From the NCBI GenBank assembly GCA_947373185.1, contig CANBWP010000013.1:6797-70796 (forward strand): a DNA stretch of 64,000 nucleotides, written 5' to 3'. Position numbers and translations under genes: made by a program. Numbering within the stretch: position 1 is the stretch's first letter; each line of letters begins with the position of its first letter. Positions 26,630-35,466 of this stretch are shown piece after piece. The stretch is from Comamonadaceae bacterium. GTDB lineage: Bacteria > Pseudomonadota > Gammaproteobacteria > Burkholderiales > Burkholderiaceae_C. The notes below the pieces were generated by a model, which was not told where the DNA came from, ran no database searches, and saw nothing but the letters and a program-made list of their open reading frames with translations.

Positions 26630-27715
26630 ATGATCGAACAACCCTCCCAAAGCCAAGCCATTGGCCCTCGCCTCACCAGCCTCTCCCACGGCGGCGGCTG
26701 CGGCTGCAAAATTGCCCCTGGCGTCTTGAGCGAAATCTTGCGCTCGACCACCGCCATGCCTTTGCCCCCCGAACTTTTGGTGGGCATCGAAACATCAGAT
26801 GACGCTGCGGTGTACAAGCTGAACGACTCACAAGCCTTGGTGGCCACGACCGACTTCTTCATGCCCATTGTGGACGACCCCTTTGAATTTGGCCGAATTG
26901 CCGCCACCAACGCCATCTCCGATGTGTACGCCATGGGTGCACAACCCATCATGGCATTGGCCTTGGTTGGCATGCCCGTCAACGTGTTGCCCTTGAGCGT
27001 GATTGGCCAAATTTTGGATGGCGGTCAAAGCGTTTGCCGTGCGGCAGGCATTCCCATTGCCGGCGGCCATACCATTGACTCGGTCGAACCCATTTACGGC
27101 TTGGTGGCGCTGGGCTTGGTTCATCCAGATCACATCAAACGCAATGCCGATGCCCAAGTTGGCGATGTGCTGATTTTGGGCAAACCCATTGGCGTGGGCA
27201 TTTTGTCGGCCGCTCTGAAAAAAGAAGTACTGCCCGAACTTGGCTACCAAGCCATGATCAGCAACACCACCCAACTCAACACAGCAGGTCCAGACTTGGC
27301 CAAACTCAAAGGGGTTCATGCGCTGACCGACATCACTGGCTTTGGATTGGCCGGCCATTTGCTGGAAATGGCACGCGGCGCCAAATGCACAGTGTCCTTG
27401 AACTGGGCACAAGTACCGTTGCTGCCTGGCGTGAGAGCCTTGGCGGAACAAGGTTGCATCACCGGTGCGTCTGGGCGCAACTGGCAAGGCTACGGTGCCG
27501 AAGTTGCATTGCCGCCCCATTTTCCGGCAGTGGATCAAAGCCTGCTGACCGACCCTCAAACCAGTGGCGGCCTATTGGTGTCTTGCGCCGTTGACAGCGT
27601 TGAAGACGTCTTGGCCATCTTCCGGCAGCATGGGTTTGCACATGCCGCGGTGGTGGGCAACATGGTGTCCGCACAAAGCCACGGCCTGCGCGTGAACTCA
27701 AAGGGCACAGCGTGA
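26630..27715 (+). CDS. selD: Selenide, water dikinase (Cys-type)
   Basis: LSHGGGCGCKIAPGVL N-terminal active-site loop, and an AIR-synthase-like body (DDAAVY...TTDFF). The upstream in-frame extension from 26537 overlaps the cupin gene and was discarded. Confidence 0.93.
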   Translation: MIEQPSQSQAIGPRLTSLSHGGGCGCKIAPGVLSEILRSTTAMPLPPELLVGIETSDDAAVYKLNDSQALVATTDFFMPIVDDPFEFGRIAATNAISDVYAMGAQPIMALALVGMPVNVLPLSVIGQILDGGQSVCRAAGIPIAGGHTIDSVEPIYGLVALGLVHPDHIKRNADAQVGDVLILGKPIGVGILSAALKKEVLPELGYQAMISNTTQLNTAGPDLAKLKGVHALTDITGFGLAGHLLEMARGAKCTVSLNWAQVPLLPGVRALAEQGCITGASGRNWQGYGAEVALPPHFPAVDQSLLTDPQTSGGLLVSCAVDSVEDVLAIFRQHGFAHAAVVGNMVSAQSHGLRVNSKGTA

Positions 27716-28788
27716 GCGTTCATCCCATCCCTGCACAAGAGGCCATGGCCCGCATGACCTTGCCATTGGGCAGTGCCGGCGGCTACAGCACCATCATCGA
27801 TGCGCGCACCGAAGACGAATATGCGTTAGACCACCTGCCGGGCGCCCTCAATTGGCCCTCCCTGAACAATGAAGAGCGCATTGTGGTGGGCACGATGTAC
27901 AAACAAGTGGGCTCCTTTGAAGCCAAGAAAAAAGGCGCGGCCTTGGTGGCCGCCAATATTTCCAGGCACATCGAACAACACGTCATGGACCTGCCCAAAG
28001 ATTGGCAGCCCTTGGTGTACTGCTGGCGTGGTGGCAAACGCAGCGGCTCCTTGGCCTTGATTTTGGGACAAATCGGTTTCAAAGTGGCCCTCATCGAAGG
28101 CGGCTACAAAGCCTTTCGATCTGCTCTGGTGGCCGCCATACCGGCACTGGCACAGCGCTTATCTTGGCGGGTCATATGCGGCCCCACAGGGTCCGGCAAA
28201 ACGCGGCTTTTGCATCGTTTGCGTGAACAAGGGGCACAAGTGCTGGACCTTGAAGGCTTGGCCAATCACCGAAGCTCTGTTTTGGGCATCATTCCTGGGA
28301 CCGCACAACCCACCCAAAAAAACTTTGACACCTTGCTCTGGGATGCCCTGCGAAACATGGACCCTGCACGACCCGTTTATGTCGAGTCCGAGAGCCGCAA
28401 GGTGGGCAACTTGGCAGTGCCCGAGTCCTTGATCTTGGCGATGCGCGCCAGCCCTTGTTATCAGCTTGAATTGCCCGATGACGAGCGCGTGCAATTGCTG
28501 CTGGAAGACTACGACTTTTTTGTCAAAGACCCCGCTCTGTTTTGCGCTCGGCTAGACGCCTTGGTGGCCTTGAGGGGCAAGCAAGTGGTTGAGACGTGGC
28601 AATCACAAATTCAAAATGGGCAGATCGAAGTTGTGGTGAGGGAGTTGCTGACAACCCATTACGACCCCACCTATTTCGCCTCCATGAAGCGCAATTTTTT
28701 GCAAATTGAGAGTGCCCCCGTTTTACAGGCGACAGACCGGTCCCTGGCGTGCTTCACCCACATCGCGCAAGCCTTGGCCGCAGAATGA
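27712..28788 (+). CDS. selU: tRNA 2-selenouridine synthase
   Basis: Rhodanese part NWPSLNNEERIVVGTMYKQ...YCWRGGKRS and P-loop GPTGSGKT. GTGA overlap with the selD stop. Confidence 0.92.
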   Translation: MSVHPIPAQEAMARMTLPLGSAGGYSTIIDARTEDEYALDHLPGALNWPSLNNEERIVVGTMYKQVGSFEAKKKGAALVAANISRHIEQHVMDLPKDWQPLVYCWRGGKRSGSLALILGQIGFKVALIEGGYKAFRSALVAAIPALAQRLSWRVICGPTGSGKTRLLHRLREQGAQVLDLEGLANHRSSVLGIIPGTAQPTQKNFDTLLWDALRNMDPARPVYVESESRKVGNLAVPESLILAMRASPCYQLELPDDERVQLLLEDYDFFVKDPALFCARLDALVALRGKQVVETWQSQIQNGQIEVVVRELLTTHYDPTYFASMKRNFLQIESAPVLQATDRSLACFTHIAQALAAE

Positions 28789-29297
28789 TGCGTCTTGTCC
28801 GCCGCTTTTTAGGTGCCTGTCTGGTTGGCTTGTTCAGCCTCACTGCTGCGTGGGCACAATTTGAAAAATTGCCCTGGCCGGCTCAGCAAAAGCCCCCCCT
28901 CCTGACCTTCAAAGACACGTCAGGCCGAGTTCTCTCTCCAGAAACACTTCGCGGCAAAAAGCTCATCATTAATTTTTGGGCCACTTGGTGCGCCCCTTGT
29001 AAAGAAGAGTTGCCCACCCTGCAAGTTTTTTCTGACTTGCAAGACCCCCTTCAAACCATGGTGCTCACCATCAATGTGAAAGAGCCCCCCAGCCGCGCAC
29101 AGAAGTTCATGCAGAACAACCAAATCAGCCTCCCCCTGATTTCAGACCCGCAGGGGGAATGGGCCAAGAAATTGAACATCAAAGTTTTCCCGACGACCCT
29201 GCTGGTCGACGCCAAAGGGGTCATCAAGTGGCGTGTGGTGGGCGAAGTGGACTGGACCAGCACCGAAGCGCAAGCTTGGGTCAACTCCCTGCCATAA
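28785..29297 (+). CDS. TlpA-family periplasmic thiol:disulfide oxidoreductase
   Basis: Signal peptide MMRLVRRFLGACLVGLFSLTAAWA. Thioredoxin motif WATWCAPCKEELP. ATGA overlap with the selU stop. Confidence 0.88.
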   Translation: MMRLVRRFLGACLVGLFSLTAAWAQFEKLPWPAQQKPPLLTFKDTSGRVLSPETLRGKKLIINFWATWCAPCKEELPTLQVFSDLQDPLQTMVLTINVKEPPSRAQKFMQNNQISLPLISDPQGEWAKKLNIKVFPTTLLVDAKGVIKWRVVGEVDWTSTEAQAWVNSLP

Positions 29298-29430
29298 TCC
29301 ACACGTTGCGCGGCGCTCTTGCCGTTCAATCACCTGCCTTCGGGGCATTGGTTCTGCACTTCATTCACTTTGTTTGCGTGCAGAGCCTCTTATGTGCCGA
29401 CAGGTGTCATTTAATTTCGGAGATCTCTTT

Positions 29431-30561
29431 ATGACCCCCGCTCGTCGCACCCTTCTTCAGGGCGCTGCGTCCCTTGGCGCCCTTTGTATGGCACCCTGGC
29501 AAGCAGCTTCCGCCCAAACAGCCTCTCAGCCTTCTGCTGACCGCACCTTCGCCCCTGTGCCAGGCAACTGGCGCACCTTTGAGGTGACCACCCGCGTGGA
29601 CATTCCCAAAGCCAATGGCATGACCCGCGTCTGGCTGCCTGTGCCGAGTGTGAACACCTCTTGGCAAAAGTCAGAGTCCAGCGTTTTCAATAGCAATGGC
29701 GTCACCCGCATGCGCAGCGATGGCTTGCAAGGTGTGCAATTCTTGTACGCTGAGTTTGCCGAAAACATAGAAAAACCCTACGTGGAAATCACCAGCCGCG
29801 TCCAAACTCAAAATCGTGCGCCCATTGCCAGCGGCCAAGCGCCTGCCGCTGCAGAAGATGCGGCAACCCTGAAATATTTCACCCGCGCCACCCACCTCCT
29901 GCCCACCGATGGCATTGTGAAAACAACGGCCCTCAAAGCCACTCAAGGGACCCACACTGATCTGGAAAAAGTCCGTGCCATCTACGATTGGGTGGTGGCC
30001 AATGCTTGGCGTGAGCCCAAAGTTCGCGGTTGCGGCGAGGGCGACATCAAAACCATGCTCGAAACCGGCAATCTGGGTGGTAAGTGTGCCGACATCAACG
30101 CCTTGTTCGTCGGTTTGTGCCGCTCCGTCGGCATTCCTGCGCGCGATGTGTACGGTTTGCGCTTGGCGCCCTCGGCTTTTGGCTACAAAGAGCTCTCCGG
30201 TAATCCTGTCAGCCTCAAAGGTGCACAGCACTGTCGCGCTGAAGCCTATGTCAAAGGCCAAGGCTGGATGGCCATGGACCCCGCCGACGTGGCCAAGGTC
30301 ATGCGCTTGGAAACAACGGAGTGGCTCAAGTCCACAGACCACCCTGTGGTCAAGCCGGTTTACAACACCTTGTTTGGTGGCTGGGAAGGCAACTGGATGG
30401 CGTTCAATACCGCCCACGATTTGACCTTGCCGCAAAGCAAAGGTGACCGCATTGGTTTCTTCATGTATCCCGTTGCTGAAAACAAAGAAGGTCGTTTCGA
30501 CTCCTACGCGCCAGACGATTTCAAATACCAAATCAGCGCTCAAGAAATCAAGGCCAGTTGA
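29431..30561 (+). CDS. Transglutaminase-like domain protein with Tat signal
   Basis: MTPARRTLLQGAASLGAL twin-arginine leader. GGKCADINALFVGLCRSVGIPAR...HCRAE...DP is a transglutaminase-core Cys/His/Asp pattern. Confidence 0.8.
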   Translation: MTPARRTLLQGAASLGALCMAPWQAASAQTASQPSADRTFAPVPGNWRTFEVTTRVDIPKANGMTRVWLPVPSVNTSWQKSESSVFNSNGVTRMRSDGLQGVQFLYAEFAENIEKPYVEITSRVQTQNRAPIASGQAPAAAEDAATLKYFTRATHLLPTDGIVKTTALKATQGTHTDLEKVRAIYDWVVANAWREPKVRGCGEGDIKTMLETGNLGGKCADINALFVGLCRSVGIPARDVYGLRLAPSAFGYKELSGNPVSLKGAQHCRAEAYVKGQGWMAMDPADVAKVMRLETTEWLKSTDHPVVKPVYNTLFGGWEGNWMAFNTAHDLTLPQSKGDRIGFFMYPVAENKEGRFDSYAPDDFKYQISAQEIKAS

Positions 30562-30591
30562 TCTGACCTTCGTTTTTTTAAAATCAAACCA

Positions 30592-30628
30592 GGCACATCG
30601 GTGGCAACACCGCTGTGCCTTTTTTTTT
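30592..30628 (+). terminator. Rho-independent terminator
   Basis: Stem GGCACATCGGTG / CACCGCTGTGCC (one mismatch), loop GCAA, then T9 (30620..30628). Confidence 0.8.
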
Positions 30629-31683
30629 CAATCGGGCCGAATGTTCGCGCGGCTCACAACATCCTTCCACAGCACTTGCTGCTGGGCAATGAAGCTTGCA
30701 AACTCTGAAGAAGGTCCTCCGCCCACCACGGCATCTTCACTGGCAAAACGCTCAGCGATGGCTGTGCTCTTCAGCGCACGGGCACATTCTTCTTGAATCC
30801 GTTTCACCAACTCTGGGGGCATGTTGCCAGGCCCCATCAGGCCATACCACTGCACCGACTCAAAGCCTTTGTAGCCAGACTCAGCCACTGTGGGAACATC
30901 AGGCAAGGAAGGCAAGCGCTTGGGCGTGCCCGTGGCAATGGCGCGCAAACGCCCGCTTCGAATGTGCGCCAACAAGGCGGGGGTCCCCGCAGAAAAGGCC
31001 TGTGTTCGGCCCGCCAATAAGTCCGTCAATGCAGGGCCAGTACCCCGATAAGGAATGTGCGTCATGAACATTCCCGTTGCCAACTTCAAATACTCCATGG
31101 CCAAATGGCCTGCACTGGCATTGCCTGCTGATGCGTAGTTGAGCTTGCCTGGATTGCGCTTCACATAGGCGACAAACTCTGCAAAATTTTTAGCGGGCAC
31201 ATCGGGGTGAATCACAAACAAACTGGGCACCTTGGCCAGCATGGTGATTGGCGTGAAGTCTTTGTTCACGTCATAGCCCGAATGAGGAAAGATCAAGGGA
31301 TTGACCGCCATGGAGCCCACATGCCCCAAGATCAAGGTGTGACCATCGGCTGGCGATCTCGCCACTTCTTGCATGGCGGGCACACCCCCACCGCCACTCT
31401 TGTTGTCAATCACCACAGGAAATGGCAACAAGCGCGTCAACTCGTTGGCCGTGGTTCTGGCCACGATGTCGGAGGTGCCACCGGGTACAAACGGCACGAT
31501 GAAACGCACCGCTTTATGGGGCCAGCTGCTGCTTGACGCCGGCGTATTTTGTGCGAAGGCAAGGTCAGCCGAAAGTACGCCGCTGAAAGCAAGCGCATGG
31601 GTGCCCATGGATTTCAAAACTTCTCTGCGCCTTGCTTGTAGATGGTTTGAACGTGTTGGCTGAATCATCTCTAGATCCTTCAA
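30628..31683 (-). CDS. Bug-family (TctC-like) tripartite tricarboxylate transporter substrate-binding protein
   Basis: 351 aa. RRREVLK leader and VRFIVPFVPGGTSDIVAR core motif. Confidence 0.9.
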   Translation of the reverse strand: MKDLEMIQPTRSNHLQARRREVLKSMGTHALAFSGVLSADLAFAQNTPASSSSWPHKAVRFIVPFVPGGTSDIVARTTANELTRLLPFPVVIDNKSGGGGVPAMQEVARSPADGHTLILGHVGSMAVNPLIFPHSGYDVNKDFTPITMLAKVPSLFVIHPDVPAKNFAEFVAYVKRNPGKLNYASAGNASAGHLAMEYLKLATGMFMTHIPYRGTGPALTDLLAGRTQAFSAGTPALLAHIRSGRLRAIATGTPKRLPSLPDVPTVAESGYKGFESVQWYGLMGPGNMPPELVKRIQEECARALKSTAIAERFASEDAVVGGGPSSEFASFIAQQQVLWKDVVSRANIRPD

Positions 31684-31845
31684 AAAATAGAACGGCGCAT
31701 CGCCCGTTGAAAGCCAGCATCAACGCCAAGCTGTGTTGAAAGTTGACACAAATAATTAAATATTTCAGTCAACAAGTGTGTCTTCCTTGCCGTTGAATGA
31801 TCACTCCCGATCGGTGGAGTTTTCAAACAACATGAAGGAAACATC

Positions 31846-32088
31846 ATGACTAAACTTCTCGCTACATTGATCATTGGCGCATTCTCAGCCGCCGCTTTTG
31901 CCACCACACCTGCAACCCCTGCAGCACCCGCAAGTGCCGCAGCACCTGTCAAAGTCGAAGCCAAGGCAGACGCCAAAACAGACGTGAAAGCAGCTGCCAA
32001 AACAGAAGTCAAAGCCGAGGCCAAGCCCGAAGCCAAAAAAGCTGAAAAAGCAGCCAAAGAAGTTGCCAAAGACACAGCCAAGAAATAA
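31846..32088 (+). CDS. Small secreted Lys/Ala/Glu-rich repeat protein
   Basis: 80 aa. AAGGAA RBS, signal peptide MTKLLATLIIGAFSAAAFA, then a Pro/Ala linker and (E/D)(A/V)K-type repeats. It has its own terminator. Confidence 0.7.
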   Translation: MTKLLATLIIGAFSAAAFATTPATPAAPASAAAPVKVEAKADAKTDVKAAAKTEVKAEAKPEAKKAEKAAKEVAKDTAKK

Positions 32089-32103
32089 TCGCTGAGTCTA
32101 CCC

Positions 32104-32141
32104 AGACAGGGCCTCACTTTGTTGTGAGGTTCTGTCTTTTT
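32104..32141 (+). terminator. Rho-independent terminator
   Basis: Stem AGACAGGGCCTCAC / GTGAGGTTCTGTCT (one mismatch), loop TTTGTT, then a T-run (32138..32141). Confidence 0.75.
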
Positions 32142-32210
32142 CATTGGAAGCGGCACTTTCGGTGTTCGACTAAGATCTTGCTTTTACCAGAATCAAGAAG
32201 CAAGTCCAGC

Positions 32211-33431
32211 ATGTCCCTGTTTCCCAGCATGAACCACCGCGGTGTATGGATCACCACTTTGATGGCGGCGGCCATTCTCATGATCACCATGGGCGCTCGC
32301 CAATCCATGGGCCTGTACATGAGCCCCTTGAACACCGACACTGGCCTGGGCATTGTGTCCATCAGTTTGGCGATGGCCATCGGCCAGTTTGTGTGGGGCG
32401 CCATTCAACCCTTTTCTGGCGCATTGGCCGACAAATATGGCCCTCGACCTGTCTTGTTCTATGGCTTGCTGATTTTGGTTTTAGGGTCCGCCCTAACCCC
32501 CTTCGTGTCTAGCAGCATCGGCCTCATTCTCACCTTGGGCATCCTGACTTCCATTGGCTCTGGCACCTGCAGCTTTTCGGTCTTGCTGGGCGCTGCGGCA
32601 CAGCGCATGCCCACAGAATCTCGCGGCGTTGCGTCCGGCATCATCAACGCTGGTGGGTCATTTGGTCAGTTTGTGTTTGCCCCCCTCATTCAACGTCTGA
32701 TTCAATGGTTAGGATGGATGGGCTCCATGTGGAGCATGGCCGCCATCACCCTCTTGGCCATCCCCTTGCTGAACAAACTCACCAGTGAGACCCACGCGCC
32801 AGTCCAGGCCATTGAACCCGAAGGGGGCCTGAAAAAAGCGGTTCGCGATGCGCTGCACAACCCGAGCTATTTGCTGTTGCATTTGGGCTTTTTTACCTGC
32901 GGATTTCACATTGCTTTTTTGGTCACGCATTTACCCACTGAAGTTGGCTTGTGCGGTTTGTCGCCTGCTGTGGCCAGTTGGTCACTGGCCATCATTGGCT
33001 TGGCCAACATCTTGGGCAGTTTGTATGCAGGCTCTTGCGTCAATGTCTATAGAAGCAAATATGTCTTAGCGGCCATGTATGGCTCGCGCGCTGTGCTGGT
33101 TGCCCTTTACTTGGCAGCACCTAAAACGGAATGGACCTTTTACGCCTTTGCCGTCGGCTTGGGCTTTACCTGGTTGGCCACCGTGCCTCCCACAGCAGCC
33201 ATCGTGGGCAAACTCTTTGGCATTCGCTACTTGGCCACCTTGTTTGGCCTGACCCTGTTGTCGCATCAAATTGGCGGCTTCTTGGGGGCCTACTTGGGCG
33301 GCTTGGCATTGACCGTCAATGGCGACTATCAATGGATGTGGTGGGCTGACATCGCCTTGTCAGGCATGGCCGCCATCGTCAACTTGCCGATCAAGGAAGC
33401 CCCTATTGCGAAACCACAATTGGCTTCCTAA
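32211..33431 (+). CDS. MFS transporter
   Basis: About 406 aa from MSLFPSM. Twelve-helix-like hydrophobic pattern. The upstream in-frame part of the ORF (from 32124) overlaps the terminator. Confidence 0.85.
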   Translation: MSLFPSMNHRGVWITTLMAAAILMITMGARQSMGLYMSPLNTDTGLGIVSISLAMAIGQFVWGAIQPFSGALADKYGPRPVLFYGLLILVLGSALTPFVSSSIGLILTLGILTSIGSGTCSFSVLLGAAAQRMPTESRGVASGIINAGGSFGQFVFAPLIQRLIQWLGWMGSMWSMAAITLLAIPLLNKLTSETHAPVQAIEPEGGLKKAVRDALHNPSYLLLHLGFFTCGFHIAFLVTHLPTEVGLCGLSPAVASWSLAIIGLANILGSLYAGSCVNVYRSKYVLAAMYGSRAVLVALYLAAPKTEWTFYAFAVGLGFTWLATVPPTAAIVGKLFGIRYLATLFGLTLLSHQIGGFLGAYLGGLALTVNGDYQWMWWADIALSGMAAIVNLPIKEAPIAKPQLAS

Positions 33432-33485
33432 ACTGCACGGACCAGGCGTTTGAACTCAGCGACGCATCACACATTGGAGACATTC

Positions 33486-34451
33486 ATGACAAAAAGAAAC
33501 ATGCTGGCAACGGCAGCCCTGCTGGCTTTGAGCTGCGTTGCTGCATTCGCACAAAATTTCCCAAACAAGCCCATTCAAGTGGTGGTCCCCGTGGCTGCAG
33601 GCGGCGGCACGGATTTGTTGGCCCGCAATTTGAGTCAGCGTGTGGGCGAAATTTTGGGGCAGTCAATGATTGTCGACAACAAGCTGGGGGCTGGCGGCAA
33701 CATTGGGGTTGAGTACGTCATGAAATCCAAAGCAGACGGCTACACCCTTCTGGTCAGCCCTGCCACCATTGCCACCAACGTGGCGGTGTACAAAAAAATT
33801 CCCTATGACTTGGTCAAAGACTTGCAAGCCATCACACTCATTGGCCAAACCGGCGTCGTCTTGGTGGTGCACCCAACTGTCAAAGCCAATAACTTGAAAG
33901 AGTTCATTGAACTCATGAAGTCCAAAAATGGCGAGATGAATTACGGCTCTGCAGGCATGGGCAGCCCGCAACATTTGCAAGCGGAGTTCTTCAACCAACT
34001 GGTGGGATTGAAATCAAACCACATCCCATACAAAGGCCAAGCGCAGGCCATGAACGACTTGATTGGCGGGCAACTCCATTACATGTTCAGCCCCATTCAA
34101 AATGCCTTGCCCCAAATTCAACAAGGCCGCTTGAAGGCTTTGGCTGTCGCCTCTGCCGAAAGACACAAAGCCATGCCGCAAGTGCCCACCCTCAGTGAGC
34201 AAGGCTACAAAGGGGTTGAGCTGACCAACTGGTTTGCCGTCTATGCGCCAGTCAACACACCAGCGGCCGTTGTCAAGAAACTCAATGCAGCCTTCATTCA
34301 GGCTGGCAAGGAGCCGAAGATGAAAGACAAGCTGGACACCCTCGGCTTTGAAAGTTTCTTCACAACGTCTGAAGATGCCACCGACTTCATGCGCTCAGAA
34401 ATTGTGCGCTGGGCCCGTGTCGCGGCCTACGCAGGCATCAAAGCCGAGTGA
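33486..34451 (+). CDS. Bug-family (TctC-like) substrate-binding protein
   Basis: Signal peptide MTKRNMLATAALLALSCVAAFA and PIQVVVPVAAGGGTDLLAR. Confidence 0.9.
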   Translation: MTKRNMLATAALLALSCVAAFAQNFPNKPIQVVVPVAAGGGTDLLARNLSQRVGEILGQSMIVDNKLGAGGNIGVEYVMKSKADGYTLLVSPATIATNVAVYKKIPYDLVKDLQAITLIGQTGVVLVVHPTVKANNLKEFIELMKSKNGEMNYGSAGMGSPQHLQAEFFNQLVGLKSNHIPYKGQAQAMNDLIGGQLHYMFSPIQNALPQIQQGRLKALAVASAERHKAMPQVPTLSEQGYKGVELTNWFAVYAPVNTPAAVVKKLNAAFIQAGKEPKMKDKLDTLGFESFFTTSEDATDFMRSEIVRWARVAAYAGIKAE

Positions 34452-34464
34452 GTCCCATGGCCAT

Positions 34465-35454
34465 TCAATGTTGATGTTGATGCCCGCCTGCTGCAGGTGC
34501 GCCCCCCGCTGGCATTGAAGGCATGGCGGCGTCCAGCGTCAGATCCAGCTGAAACTTGGCGCCCTTGCCGTCCTGAAACTTCAGCGTGACAGGCACTTTG
34601 GCGCCCTTCTCTAAAGGTGACTTCAAGTCCATCAACATCACATGAAAGCCACCCGGCTTTAACTCAACCACCTGACCGGCTGGCAAATCCAAAAAGGGAA
34701 TGGGCGCCATTTTCATGACGTTGCCTTCCATTTTCATTTCATGAATTTCAGCCACCCCAGCGATTGGCGTGCTGACGCTCAAGAGCTTGCTGTTTTCTTT
34801 GGCCACCAACTTCAAGAAAGCACCCGTGGCTTTTTGACCCGTGACAGTAGGCCTCACCCAAGCGTCCGAGACGGCCACATTGGCGTTGCCCGCAGGGGCT
34901 CCTGCCGTGCCTTCGGCTTTCAAAGTCAACAAGGCCGCAGGGTATTTCATGCCCTTGGTCGATGTGCCTGCTGCAGGAATCTCAGCCCAATCGTTCTGAC
35001 CTTTCTCGCAAGTTTGCAAAACACGCAACCAAACAGGACCGGCCTTTTCAGGCAATTTGGTCATGAAAGCGAATTCATCAAAGGCACCATCGGGCAATGC
35101 GGCATCCTTGCTGCTTGCAACCCATTCCATGGCCACCACATCCTCAGACACTGTTTTGCCGTGACTTTGATAGGGTTCAGCCAATTTGGCTTTCGTGATT
35201 TTGAGAGTCCAACCCGTTTTGGGTTGTGGCTTGGCGCCTTCAAAACCTGCAGGAATGAAAACTTTGATACCTGTGGTGGCAGCGCCCTCGCAGCCATGAC
35301 CGATGCGCACAGCACCTTTGTAGTAACTGCCCGACAGCGCGGTTTGCTCGGTCAGCACAGCGTGGGCATGGACTGCTGCAGGAAAGGCCCATGTTGCCAT
35401 GGTGGCTGCACCAAGGATGGCCAATTTCTGAGAGATGTTCAAGAAGTAAGTCAT
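34465..35454 (-). CDS. Fusion protein: YcnI (DUF1775) domain plus PCu(A)C copper chaperone domain, with a Met/His-rich tail
   Basis: After the signal peptide, the predicted mature N-terminus is HAVLTEQ...GSYYKGAVRIGHGCEG (YcnI-like). The C-terminal half carries an exact H-x10-M-x21-H-x-M motif (HEMKMEGNVMKM...GGFHVM). It ends MPSMPAGGAPAAGGHQHQH. Confidence 0.8.
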   Translation of the reverse strand: MTYFLNISQKLAILGAATMATWAFPAAVHAHAVLTEQTALSGSYYKGAVRIGHGCEGAATTGIKVFIPAGFEGAKPQPKTGWTLKITKAKLAEPYQSHGKTVSEDVVAMEWVASSKDAALPDGAFDEFAFMTKLPEKAGPVWLRVLQTCEKGQNDWAEIPAAGTSTKGMKYPAALLTLKAEGTAGAPAGNANVAVSDAWVRPTVTGQKATGAFLKLVAKENSKLLSVSTPIAGVAEIHEMKMEGNVMKMAPIPFLDLPAGQVVELKPGGFHVMLMDLKSPLEKGAKVPVTLKFQDGKGAKFQLDLTLDAAMPSMPAGGAPAAGGHQHQH

Positions 35455-35466
35455 GTTGTTCTAGCC

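Noticed and set aside
4006-27715. The idea that SelD supplies a labile selenium cofactor to the molybdenum hydroxylase (the 'orphan SelD' trait).
   Set aside because: selD is directly coupled to selU, which accounts for it. It lies 20 kb from the hydroxylase, and no yqeB/yqeC-like marker genes are visible.
31680-32156. A 158-aa minus-strand ORF with LASA/LTSV repeats.
   Set aside because: It is the complement of the Lys/Ala/Glu repeat gene. The plus-strand gene has an RBS, a signal peptide and a terminator. The minus ORF overlaps the Bug gene start and that terminator.
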